Notes under the pieces: generated by a model
Database searches by the model: none
Told to the model about the DNA's origin: nothing
Seen by the model: the letters and a program-made list of their open reading frames with translations, nothing else
Part shown: in pieces, positions 1 to 7,994 of the stretch
How the letters are laid out: every line of letters starts with the position of its first letter
Position numbering within the stretch: the stretch's first letter is position 1
Program-made: the position numbers and the translations under genes
Assembly: GCA_965222115.1 (NCBI GenBank)
Contig: CBDCTJ010000007.1
Span: forward strand, 1,920,001 to 1,984,000
Direction: 5' to 3'
Length of the DNA stretch: 64,000 nucleotides
From: Planctomycetota bacterium
GTDB lineage: Bacteria > Planctomycetota > PLA2 > JAEUHO01

Positions 1-108
1 TTCACGCCAAACAGTCGGCCGAGGTCGCGTAGCTCGCGAAGTTTCGTGGGTTTGAAACGATTCGCCCGGGGAGCCCCGACCGTCGATTGGTGGCGGTAAG
101 GTAGCCGG

Positions 109-1932
109 GTGAGTTATCAGATTCTCAGTCGTCGGTACCGCCCGCAACGCTTCGACGACGTGTCGGGTCAACAGCATGTGCGCCGGGTTCTTACCGGCGC
201 CATTCGCAACCGCCGCGTGGGTCAGGCTTTTCTCTTCCTAGGACCCCGCGGTGTCGGCAAAACAACGATGGCGCGCATATTGGCCCGTGCGCTGAATTGC
301 GAAGCCCATAGAGCGCGTTGGGACGACGACGCCACCGACGCATCCACCGCCAACATTCCCATTGAACCGTGTGGGGAATGTCCCTCATGCAAAGGTGTGG
401 CGGCCAGTTCCGATCTCGACGTCATCGAAATGGACGCAGCGTCCAACAATCACGTAGAAGACGTTCGCACACTGCGCGAGCGCGTGGGCTATGCGGCGGC
501 GCGCAGTCCGTTTCGTATTTGGATCGTGGACGAGGTCCACATGTTGTCGCGCGCGGCGTTTGATGCCTTTCTAAAGACGCTCGAAGAGCCGCCGCCGTGG
601 GTCAAGTTCATTTTTTGTACGACCGAGGCCCACAAACTGCCGGCCACATTCCGAAGTCGCTGTTCGTTGCTCGAATTTCGCGCACTGGATACGCCCACGC
701 TTGCGAAACGCATCACGCGCTTGGCAGCCAATGAAGACGTCAAACTCGAAGATGGGTTGGCCGATGCCATTGCACGTGCGGCACGTGGTGGCATGCGCGA
801 TGCCGAGTCCATGCTGGAACAGTTGTTGGCCGTCCATGCCAGCGGCATCCTTACGCGCAACGACTTTGACATGTTGTGTGGTCGCTTGTCGGCCGAGCGT
901 ATGTCCACATTGATGGATGCAACGCACGCCGCCGATGCCAATCGCGCGATCGATATTTTGGACGAAGCCATTGCCGACGGCGCCAAACCGGGCGTAGTGC
1001 TCGACCAATGGCTCGACGCGTGGCGTACGGTCATGGTGGGAACGCAAGACGAACGACAAGCGCCGGCCATGCAAGTTCGTGCGTGCCAGGCGATGGAAAT
1101 ACTGCTTGCGAAACGCGCCCATTTGCGAACCGGGGCCGATGGCAGTTTGTTGCTCCACGTTGCGGCCGTTGAGCTGGCACGCTTGCCCACCGCGCGCGAT
1201 CTCGACGCGCTGTTGTCGGCGGTTCATTCGTTGTCCTCCCCATCAGGCAATGCACCGCGCGTCGAATCGCGAGACGCCCAATCACGGCCCGCGTCGCCGA
1301 CCCACACCGAAACGAGACCCCGACACACCGAGGCGTCAAGCGATTCGGCAGTCACAACGCCATTACCGCCTGCACCTTCTCAATCGTCACGCTCCGATGG
1401 ACCACCACTTGACGCTGCAAAGGGAGATACAGGAGGCACAGGTGGCGCGAATGCTCAGGCTAGGTCCTCGAAGCAGACCTCGACGACGGCGTCACGTAGC
1501 GGCGTTGCCGTTGTGTCCAAGCAACCGACCACGTCCGACAAGCCTCTCTTGCGTGCCGCCGACGTGCAGGCCAAATGGGAAGAAATCGTGGATGTGGCCG
1601 CGAAGAAAAAGCCCGCGCTTGCCCCGCTTCTTGATCATGTATCTATTCGTGGCGTAAAGGGGCAAACGGTTCACATATCGGTCGATCCCGATGCGGTGAT
1701 GGCTCGCCAAGCGTTTGTGCGACCCGAGTATCAGATGGCGCTCGGCCAACTGCTGCGAGACGTTTGTGGTCAGTTTTTGCGTCCGGTGGTTGTGGCCGAG
1801 GGACCGCGACACATGGAAGGGCTCATCGCCGACGACGCCCGCCACGATCCGACGATTGCGAACGTGGTTCAGCGTGTGAACGGCCAGTTGCTGTGGGTGA
1901 AAGACGTGAGTGATCGTAAGGGGGCGCGGTAG
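109..1932 (+). CDS. dnaX: DNA polymerase III subunit gamma/tau
   Basis: N-term SRRYRPQRFDDVSGQ, Walker A GPRGVGKTT, Zn module ALNC...PCGECPSC, EMDAAS, DEVHML, SRC motif; long Pro/Ser/Ala linker then a C-terminal domain. GTG start. Confidence 0.97.
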   Translation: MSYQILSRRYRPQRFDDVSGQQHVRRVLTGAIRNRRVGQAFLFLGPRGVGKTTMARILARALNCEAHRARWDDDATDASTANIPIEPCGECPSCKGVAASSDLDVIEMDAASNNHVEDVRTLRERVGYAAARSPFRIWIVDEVHMLSRAAFDAFLKTLEEPPPWVKFIFCTTEAHKLPATFRSRCSLLEFRALDTPTLAKRITRLAANEDVKLEDGLADAIARAARGGMRDAESMLEQLLAVHASGILTRNDFDMLCGRLSAERMSTLMDATHAADANRAIDILDEAIADGAKPGVVLDQWLDAWRTVMVGTQDERQAPAMQVRACQAMEILLAKRAHLRTGADGSLLLHVAAVELARLPTARDLDALLSAVHSLSSPSGNAPRVESRDAQSRPASPTHTETRPRHTEASSDSAVTTPLPPAPSQSSRSDGPPLDAAKGDTGGTGGANAQARSSKQTSTTASRSGVAVVSKQPTTSDKPLLRAADVQAKWEEIVDVAAKKKPALAPLLDHVSIRGVKGQTVHISVDPDAVMARQAFVRPEYQMALGQLLRDVCGQFLRPVVVAEGPRHMEGLIADDARHDPTIANVVQRVNGQLLWVKDVSDRKGAR

Positions 1933-1991
1933 CGCGCAAGACCAATCCGAAGTAGTTTCGAATCAACAACCGAGGCGTGACGCAATCGACA

Positions 1992-2615
1992 ATGGCCCAT
2001 CGCGAACCTGAAGCACTGCTTGCGTTGATCCGCGAGCTCGAACGATTGCCGGGAATTGGCGCGCGAACAGCATCGCGACTTGCTCACCATCTCTTGCGCG
2101 TACCCAAGGATGAGGCGCTAGGCCTGGCACATGCCATTCAGCTTGTCCGAGACACGATTCACCCGTGCACCGGGTGCCAGTCACCGACCGATGTGGATCC
2201 ATGCGCCATTTGCACCGACGACACGCGCGATCGAGAAACGCTGCTGGTCGTGGAGACTGCGCGCATCATGAACGCGATCGAAGCGGCGGGACACTACCGC
2301 GGACTCTACTTCGTATTGGGCGATCGCTTGCGTCCCGCGGATGGTGTGGACGCAGGCTCTTTAGCGCTCGCGGCATTGCGTGAGCGCGTTTCGAGTGACG
2401 CGTGGAATGGCGTGCGCATCAAAGAGGTGTGCATGGGCACCAACCCGGATCTTGAGGGGGACGGCGCCGTGCTCTCGGTATCGGCGCTGCTCGAAGGCTT
2501 CGATGTGCGCCTTACGCAGTTGGCGCGTGGCATTCCCTCGGGTGGGCAGATCGAATATCAAAGCGCAACGGCGATTGCCGACGCGATCGATGGTCGGGTC
2601 CCTGTTTCGCCTTAG
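1992..2615 (+). CDS. recR: Recombination mediator RecR
   Basis: HhH LPGIGARTASRLA, C4 zinc finger CTGC...CAIC, TOPRIM (VVET, NPDLEGD), LARGIPSGG; downstream of dnaX. ATG 1992 preferred, GTG 1977 possible. Confidence 0.97.
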   Translation: MAHREPEALLALIRELERLPGIGARTASRLAHHLLRVPKDEALGLAHAIQLVRDTIHPCTGCQSPTDVDPCAICTDDTRDRETLLVVETARIMNAIEAAGHYRGLYFVLGDRLRPADGVDAGSLALAALRERVSSDAWNGVRIKEVCMGTNPDLEGDGAVLSVSALLEGFDVRLTQLARGIPSGGQIEYQSATAIADAIDGRVPVSP

Positions 2616-2996
2616 GCGTCAGGTCCCCCCAATGCACAGGTCTTCGTAGAACTCAAAACGCTGAAGAACCCATGTCTGCAAAGTAGACTGGGTCATTCGG
2701 GCGCGCGATTTTTCGCTCAAGTTCTGGACGTATGCGTTTTCGCAACGTGCAAAGTCGCGCACACGTGCTGATTCGCACGCGGCCTGATTCGAAAGCAACG
2801 CACATCGTGTACTACTGGTAACACGTCCAGTGTGGTTCTCAAGCAGCGCGGAGTTCTCGTCGATGTGAGAAACGCGCCCACATTGTACGTGCGCCGTGTC
2901 ATGACGACACGGTTGCGGCGTCGCACAGGAGCCGCCGCAAGAACGTGTGCGTTCGTGAACGTCAACCCGACCTTGTTTCCGCGTCTGGCTCGGCGC

Positions 2997-3002
2997 TAGA
3001 AT
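2997..3002 (+). promoter_or_regulatory. Putative sigma-70 -10 box (TAGAAT) 8 nt before the rpoN ATG, with TTGTTT 18 nt upstream; candidate leaderless promoter
   Basis: ttgttt-N18-tagaat-gaaccccc-ATG; no Shine-Dalgarno. Confidence 0.5.
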
Positions 3003-3010
3003 GAACCCCC

Positions 3011-5059
3011 ATGAAACTGCAGCTAGGCCTCAACCAAAAACTCTCGCAACAGCTTCGGCTGGCGCCGCAGATCATTCAGTCCATTGAGATTCTGCAACTT
3101 CCCGCGCTCGATTTGCGCGAATTGATTGAGCACGAGCTGCAAGAGAACGAGGCGCTCGAAGTTATTGAGCCCGCGCCGGATGAGTTCGTGGACCGCGCCA
3201 GTGCCGATCGTGAGATGCGCCAAAAGGCCGACGAGGACCAATCGAGCGACTTTGAAGTTCGCGAGTTTTCAGAAGCGTCGGGCATCGCCGACGTGATCGA
3301 TTCAAAGGACACGCCGGTAGCCGACATGGACCACGCTGCGGCATCCACCGATAGCCGTACTACGGACGAAGCAGTGAAGGAAGACGTCCTGAGTGATGCA
3401 CAGACATCCACGCTGCTCGAGCGCATTGACGGCTTGCGCGAAAGTGCCACGGTGGGTGATCGCGGGACGCGCGCGGCGCAAGAAGCTTCGGATCGCAAGC
3501 TTGAAGCCATCCATAACACGCCCGCGCACGATCCCAGCCTCGCCGATCATCTCCTCAACCAACTAGACGAGTTGGAACTGTCGGCCGAGCTGAGCGCCGC
3601 CACGGAGGCCGTAGTTTACAACCTCAATGATCGCGGGCTCTTGGACTGTAGCGACGAAGAGATCTTGGCAGGCATGGACGAGCCGGTGTCCATGGAGGTC
3701 CTTGAAAAGGCCATTCGCGTGGTGCAGCGATTGGAGCCACGTGGAGTTGGCGCGCGCAACGTGGGGGAGTGCATTCTTCTTCAAATTCCAAGCACCGATC
3801 CGGATGCGGTGCAGCTAGGTACGCTCATTCGCGAGCACTTCGACGATCTGCTGCGCAACAAGCGACCCAAAATCGCCAAAGCCATGGGGCTCAAGGTCAG
3901 CGAACTCAATACGCTCACCGAGCGCTTGCGTGATTTTGACTTTCGTCCAGGTGCGGCGTTTTCCTCCGCACCTACGCGCTACATTCGCCCCGACGTCATC
4001 ATTGAACAGTTGACCGACGCGGACCTCGATGCCATTCGTTCTGGTGAGCGTCGAGATACCACGTACCGACGTCCATTGCATTCCACCGATGACGGTTACA
4101 CCAAAGACGATGACTCCAATGACGATGGCAGGGACGACCGTGTCGTTAATGACCGTTTGGGGGGCGACGAATCGGCGCGCCATGAATCAGCCCGAGGTTA
4201 TGCCTACGACAGCCATTCGTACGACAGCAACACATTCCGAGGCACCACATTCCAAGGCAACGGTGGGGTGCACGAATCGTATGGGAATGGCAGCGCGCAT
4301 GTGACGCCTCCGCGATCGTCGGATCCGTATCGCGCCGACGTTCGCAATCACGGCAACCTTCATGGAGGCGCCCCGCGGCTGGGGATCGATGCGCCGGATC
4401 CATCGAATGCCCGCGGCGATGCCTCCGCTCATGGTTCGAAGCGCCCGAGCCGGAACCCAGACCTCGGTCGGTATTCCGTGCGACTTGTCCATGAACATTT
4501 GCCACGCGTTGGGTTGAGTCCCGCAGTGCGCGCCATGCTGAAAGAGCAAAAGCACGATCCGTCTGTTCGTGACTACCTCAAGCAGAAGATAGAAGCCGCT
4601 CGTTGGCTCATTGATGCCATCGCCCAGCGACAATCCACACTCGAACGCGTGGCCAGAGAGATTGTTGCCCGCCAGCGCGACTACCTCGACTTTGGTGTGA
4701 GCCACTTGCGCCCGTTAAAAATGCAAGAGATTGCCGATGTGCTGGGGATCCATGTGTCCACGGTGAGTCGTGCCATCAGCGACAAGTATGCACAGACGCC
4801 GCGCGGCATTGTTCCCTTGAAGTTTTTCTTTACCGGTGGCACCGAGAACGAAGACGGCGGTATCGAGTCGCGCATGAGCGTGAAAGAACGCGTGCGCGAG
4901 ATCATTGACGACGAAGACAAGCAAAAGCCGCTGTCCGATGATGATGTGGCTGAGCAACTCAAGGTGCGATTCGGCCTCGAGATTGCCCGTCGCACAGTGA
5001 CAAAGTATCGCAAGGCGTTAAACATTCCGTCATCGCGCCAGCGTCGTGTCTGGGAATAG
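3011..5059 (+). CDS. rpoN: RNA polymerase sigma-54 factor with a ~150-aa internal insertion
   Basis: Region I QKLSQQLRLAPQIIQSIEILQL, core-binding PRGVGARN, HTH IHVSTVSRAI, RpoN box ARRTVTKYR. Confidence 0.97.
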   Translation: MKLQLGLNQKLSQQLRLAPQIIQSIEILQLPALDLRELIEHELQENEALEVIEPAPDEFVDRASADREMRQKADEDQSSDFEVREFSEASGIADVIDSKDTPVADMDHAAASTDSRTTDEAVKEDVLSDAQTSTLLERIDGLRESATVGDRGTRAAQEASDRKLEAIHNTPAHDPSLADHLLNQLDELELSAELSAATEAVVYNLNDRGLLDCSDEEILAGMDEPVSMEVLEKAIRVVQRLEPRGVGARNVGECILLQIPSTDPDAVQLGTLIREHFDDLLRNKRPKIAKAMGLKVSELNTLTERLRDFDFRPGAAFSSAPTRYIRPDVIIEQLTDADLDAIRSGERRDTTYRRPLHSTDDGYTKDDDSNDDGRDDRVVNDRLGGDESARHESARGYAYDSHSYDSNTFRGTTFQGNGGVHESYGNGSAHVTPPRSSDPYRADVRNHGNLHGGAPRLGIDAPDPSNARGDASAHGSKRPSRNPDLGRYSVRLVHEHLPRVGLSPAVRAMLKEQKHDPSVRDYLKQKIEAARWLIDAIAQRQSTLERVAREIVARQRDYLDFGVSHLRPLKMQEIADVLGIHVSTVSRAISDKYAQTPRGIVPLKFFFTGGTENEDGGIESRMSVKERVREIIDDEDKQKPLSDDDVAEQLKVRFGLEIARRTVTKYRKALNIPSSRQRRVWE

Positions 5060-5122
5060 CGCCCGGTTGTTCCATGCGTAGGCTGTGGCGTCGGGCGAGG
5101 TGGCATCCCAAGAGATAGGCAC

Positions 5123-5151
5123 CTGACGACCGTCGCTCAATTTGGTACAAT
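5123..5151 (+). promoter_or_regulatory. Putative sigma-70 promoter for truA-hpf-ptsN
   Basis: CTGACG-N17-TACAAT with TGn extended -10. Confidence 0.55.
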
Positions 5152-5250
5152 GCATGTTCGCAACGTCCCGCGGTGCGTCTATGCGGCGTTTAGGAGGGCG
5201 ACCTGAGCCCACGCGTTCCATCGTCCCCGACTCGTCAGGTTAGGTCGCGG

Positions 5251-6345
5251 ATGGACGTTCGGTCGCAGATGGCGGCATCCGGAGAACCACAACCGCCAAA
5301 CGCGGTCACAGATGCAGATGCTCTGCCAAGTAGCGCGGCGAATAGCTCGGCACGTAGCTCGAAGGAACGATCACACGAGACCGCGCCCTCATCCGTGCGT
5401 CCGCAGAAGCCGTTGGGGACGCGCACGCTGCGACTTGATCTTCAGTTTGACGGCACCGATTTTTCGGGCTGGCAGCGCCAAACGAAACGCCGCACCGTGC
5501 AGGGGGAGGTAGAGCGTGCGCTCGAACACGTCTTGGGTGCGCCGCATCGCCTACTAGGTTGCGGTCGGACCGACGCGGGCGTGCATGCGCGTCTGCATGT
5601 GGCCTCCACACGAACGCGTCATGACTTGCCCGCCGAGCGACTGCTGTACGCACTTGACGCCACGCTGCCCAACGATGTCTCGGTGTTGTCGGTTGCGGAT
5701 GTGCACCCGTCGTTTCACCCCATGCGCGATGCGTATTGGAAGTGGTATCGCTATGTACTACTTGTAAGTCGAACGCGCCGGCCCCTGCATCGACGATGGG
5801 CCGTACGTGTGCCCCAAGCGCCCTCCCTCGAGGCGCTCAATCGTGCATGCACGCCCTTGCGCGGTACCCACGATTTTGTGAGTTTCGCCAATCGCGGTTC
5901 CACTGCGGATGATCCAGGCGCTCGCGGCACGGTTCGCACGATTCACTACCTGGCGTGGCACGAATGTTCGTCCAATGAACTCTGGATGCCTTCAGAAACG
6001 CTTGTGGATTCGTTCGGCGCACGTGCTTCCTTACGTCTGGCTTCCCCGCGCCTGCTAGTGATGGACGTGCTCGGTGATGGATTCTTTTACAAGATGGTTC
6101 GCACGTTGGCGGGCACGTTACTTAAGGCGGCTGGTGGCGATTCGCCGTTTGGCGACGTCGAGGCCGCATTGTGTGCGCGTGACCGACGTGCCGCCGGCAA
6201 AGCCATGCCCGCGGCAGGCCTCACACTTATGGCGGTGGGGTTGCGAGGCGATCCGGTGGCCGACGACATGCCACTAGAACTCCGCGCCGCGGCGATGCGT
6301 GCGACTGCGGCCGCTGCCTCATCGGAGGAGGCCCGATTTCCGTGA
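5251..6345 (+). CDS. truA: tRNA pseudouridine(38-40) synthase TruA (start uncertain)
   Basis: FDGTDFSGWQRQ, catalytic GRTDAGVHA, GTHDFVSF, GFFYKMVR, PAAGLTL. Confidence 0.95.
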   Translation: MDVRSQMAASGEPQPPNAVTDADALPSSAANSSARSSKERSHETAPSSVRPQKPLGTRTLRLDLQFDGTDFSGWQRQTKRRTVQGEVERALEHVLGAPHRLLGCGRTDAGVHARLHVASTRTRHDLPAERLLYALDATLPNDVSVLSVADVHPSFHPMRDAYWKWYRYVLLVSRTRRPLHRRWAVRVPQAPSLEALNRACTPLRGTHDFVSFANRGSTADDPGARGTVRTIHYLAWHECSSNELWMPSETLVDSFGARASLRLASPRLLVMDVLGDGFFYKMVRTLAGTLLKAAGGDSPFGDVEAALCARDRRAAGKAMPAAGLTLMAVGLRGDPVADDMPLELRAAAMRATAAAASSEEARFP

Positions 6346-6415
6346 CGCCCATGTGTCCATACCCCGACGTTTTTATCTCCGCCTCCCCAGAGGCGGCCAA
6401 CCCAAGGAGAGCACA

Positions 6416-6820
6416 ATGAAGATGATGATCAGCGGTCGCCATGTCGGTGTCACAGAAAGCATGAAGGAGTATGCCGAGACGAAGGTGCTCAAGCTCGTCA
6501 AGTTCTTCGACCGCATCACCAGCGTTCGCGTCACCATGGACATTGAGGGCATTCAACAACACGTCGAAATGGTGGTGGAGGTCGCCCGTGGGCAACGGCT
6601 GGTCGCCAAGGCGGAGGCGGTAGATATGTACGCCGCGTGTGACCTGGCCGAACGAAAACTGGCCCAGCGGCTTCGCAAATACAAAGACCGACTGACCGAC
6701 CATCATCGCGGCGAGCGTATTCCACCGGTGGATCGCACGGCCCCCGTGGCCCGCGGCGACAAAAAGCCCCATGAGGAAACCTACCAAGAGGTCATTGACG
6801 AGATGCAACTCGACGATTAG
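6416..6820 (+). CDS. hpf: Ribosome hibernation factor HPF/RaiA
   Basis: ISGRHVGVTESMKEYAETKV, DMYAACD...KLAQRLRKYKDR; SD AAGGAG before ATG 6416; rpoN-linked. Confidence 0.93.
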   Translation: MKMMISGRHVGVTESMKEYAETKVLKLVKFFDRITSVRVTMDIEGIQQHVEMVVEVARGQRLVAKAEAVDMYAACDLAERKLAQRLRKYKDRLTDHHRGERIPPVDRTAPVARGDKKPHEETYQEVIDEMQLDD

Positions 6821-6996
6821 CCCCCATGGCGGTGAATGAGGCCCGCCACGGGCGCGCGAACGACCTGATGGTGATTGGACCGTGACGTTCTCCGGTTCGT
6901 CACGGCCCGCGAATCGTCGTCGCACGTCTGAAATCCCCGATAGGATTGGTGTCGGTGGACGGCGACTTGCTCGCCTACGTATTTCTCAGGAGAACT

Positions 6997-7479
6997 ATGT
7001 CCGACGTCAACGTGAGCAGCCTCTTGCGCACCCAACACTGTCTGCCCAAACTCAAGGGCGGCACGCGCGAGGAAGTTGTAGAAGAACTCATCCGCACGTT
7101 TGTCGCCAGCGGCGCGCTCGCGGAAGACGCGGCGCCAACGTTGTATGGCGAGGTATTGGCCCGTGAAGACGAAGGCACCACGGGGATCGGCAAAGGCGTA
7201 GCCATGCCACATGCCCGTGGGACCGAGACCGTGCCTTCGTCCATGGTGGCCGTGGGTCTTCACGAAGAGGGCATCGACTTTGATGCTACCGATGGCGCCC
7301 CGGTGCACATTGTGTTTCTGATCGCAAGTACCGACAGCCAGGAATACCTCCAAGTGGCGCGTCAGATTGCGCGCGTCGCGCGCGACGATGTGGAGATGCG
7401 CGCATTGCGCCGTCAGACCACGAAAAAGGCCATTGTTTCTTTCTTAAAGGAGTCGTGGTCGCAGCCCGCGGCGTCGTAG
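6997..7479 (+). CDS. ptsN: PTS EIIA component (Ntr/fructose type)
   Basis: REDEGTTGIGKGVAMPHAR (phospho-His), GIDFDATDGAPVHIVF; SD AGGAG. Confidence 0.88.
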   Translation: MSDVNVSSLLRTQHCLPKLKGGTREEVVEELIRTFVASGALAEDAAPTLYGEVLAREDEGTTGIGKGVAMPHARGTETVPSSMVAVGLHEEGIDFDATDGAPVHIVFLIASTDSQEYLQVARQIARVARDDVEMRALRRQTTKKAIVSFLKESWSQPAAS

Positions 7480-7523
7480 TCCCGCGCGTTGTACAATCCA
7501 ACGTCCATGAACCGCGAAACTCT

Positions 7524-7868
7524 ATGAACCCAAGTACCAACCCTCCGCCCGCCGACTCGCCCTCACGCGGGACCGTTTCGCGCACCGTGGAAGTGCTCAA
7601 TGGTGCTGGGCTCCACGCGCGACCCGCAAGTGTTTTGGCGGCGTGTGCCAACGAATACGAGTCAGAGATTTCACTCGTGCTTGCGCAAGCCGTTGGCGAA
7701 GGGGGCGTAGACGTGGGTACACGTGTCGATGCCAAGAGCGTGTTGGATGTGATCGTGTTGGGCGCACCCTGCGGCACCAAGATCGATGTTGAAGCGGTGG
7801 GCCCCGACGCAGAGGCAGCCGTTGCTGCGATAGAAGCCCTCTTTCTCGCTCGGTTCGGCCTGATGTAA
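7524..7868 (+). CDS. ptsH: HPr/NPr phosphocarrier
   Basis: GLHARPA (His15) and DAKSV (Ser46 equivalent); ~12-aa loop insertion before DAKS. Confidence 0.92.
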   Translation: MNPSTNPPPADSPSRGTVSRTVEVLNGAGLHARPASVLAACANEYESEISLVLAQAVGEGGVDVGTRVDAKSVLDVIVLGAPCGTKIDVEAVGPDAEAAVAAIEALFLARFGLM

Positions 7869-7994
7869 CTGTCGGCCTGGTGTAATCGTCGAACTCGGGA
7901 AATCGTCGAGTCGAGCCCGAGCCATTCCTGAATAGTCCGGTCATGAACAGTCCGGGCTACGCATTCACGCACATGAGCAAACACGTGTTCGGTG

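Noticed and set aside
1-108. SRP RNA (ffs), often found upstream of dnaX
   Set aside because: The conserved CAGG...GGAA...AGCAG loop motif is not present.
1600-1615. G_AAA_AAG in dnaX as a -1 frameshift site producing gamma
   Set aside because: Not the A_AAA_AAG heptamer, no evident upstream SD or downstream hairpin, and positioned far into the C-terminal domain.
4010-4465. Intein or intron as the explanation for the rpoN insert (and likewise the RNase E/G insert)
   Set aside because: No N-terminal Cys/Ser block or terminal His-Asn, no endonuclease motifs; low-complexity and in frame.
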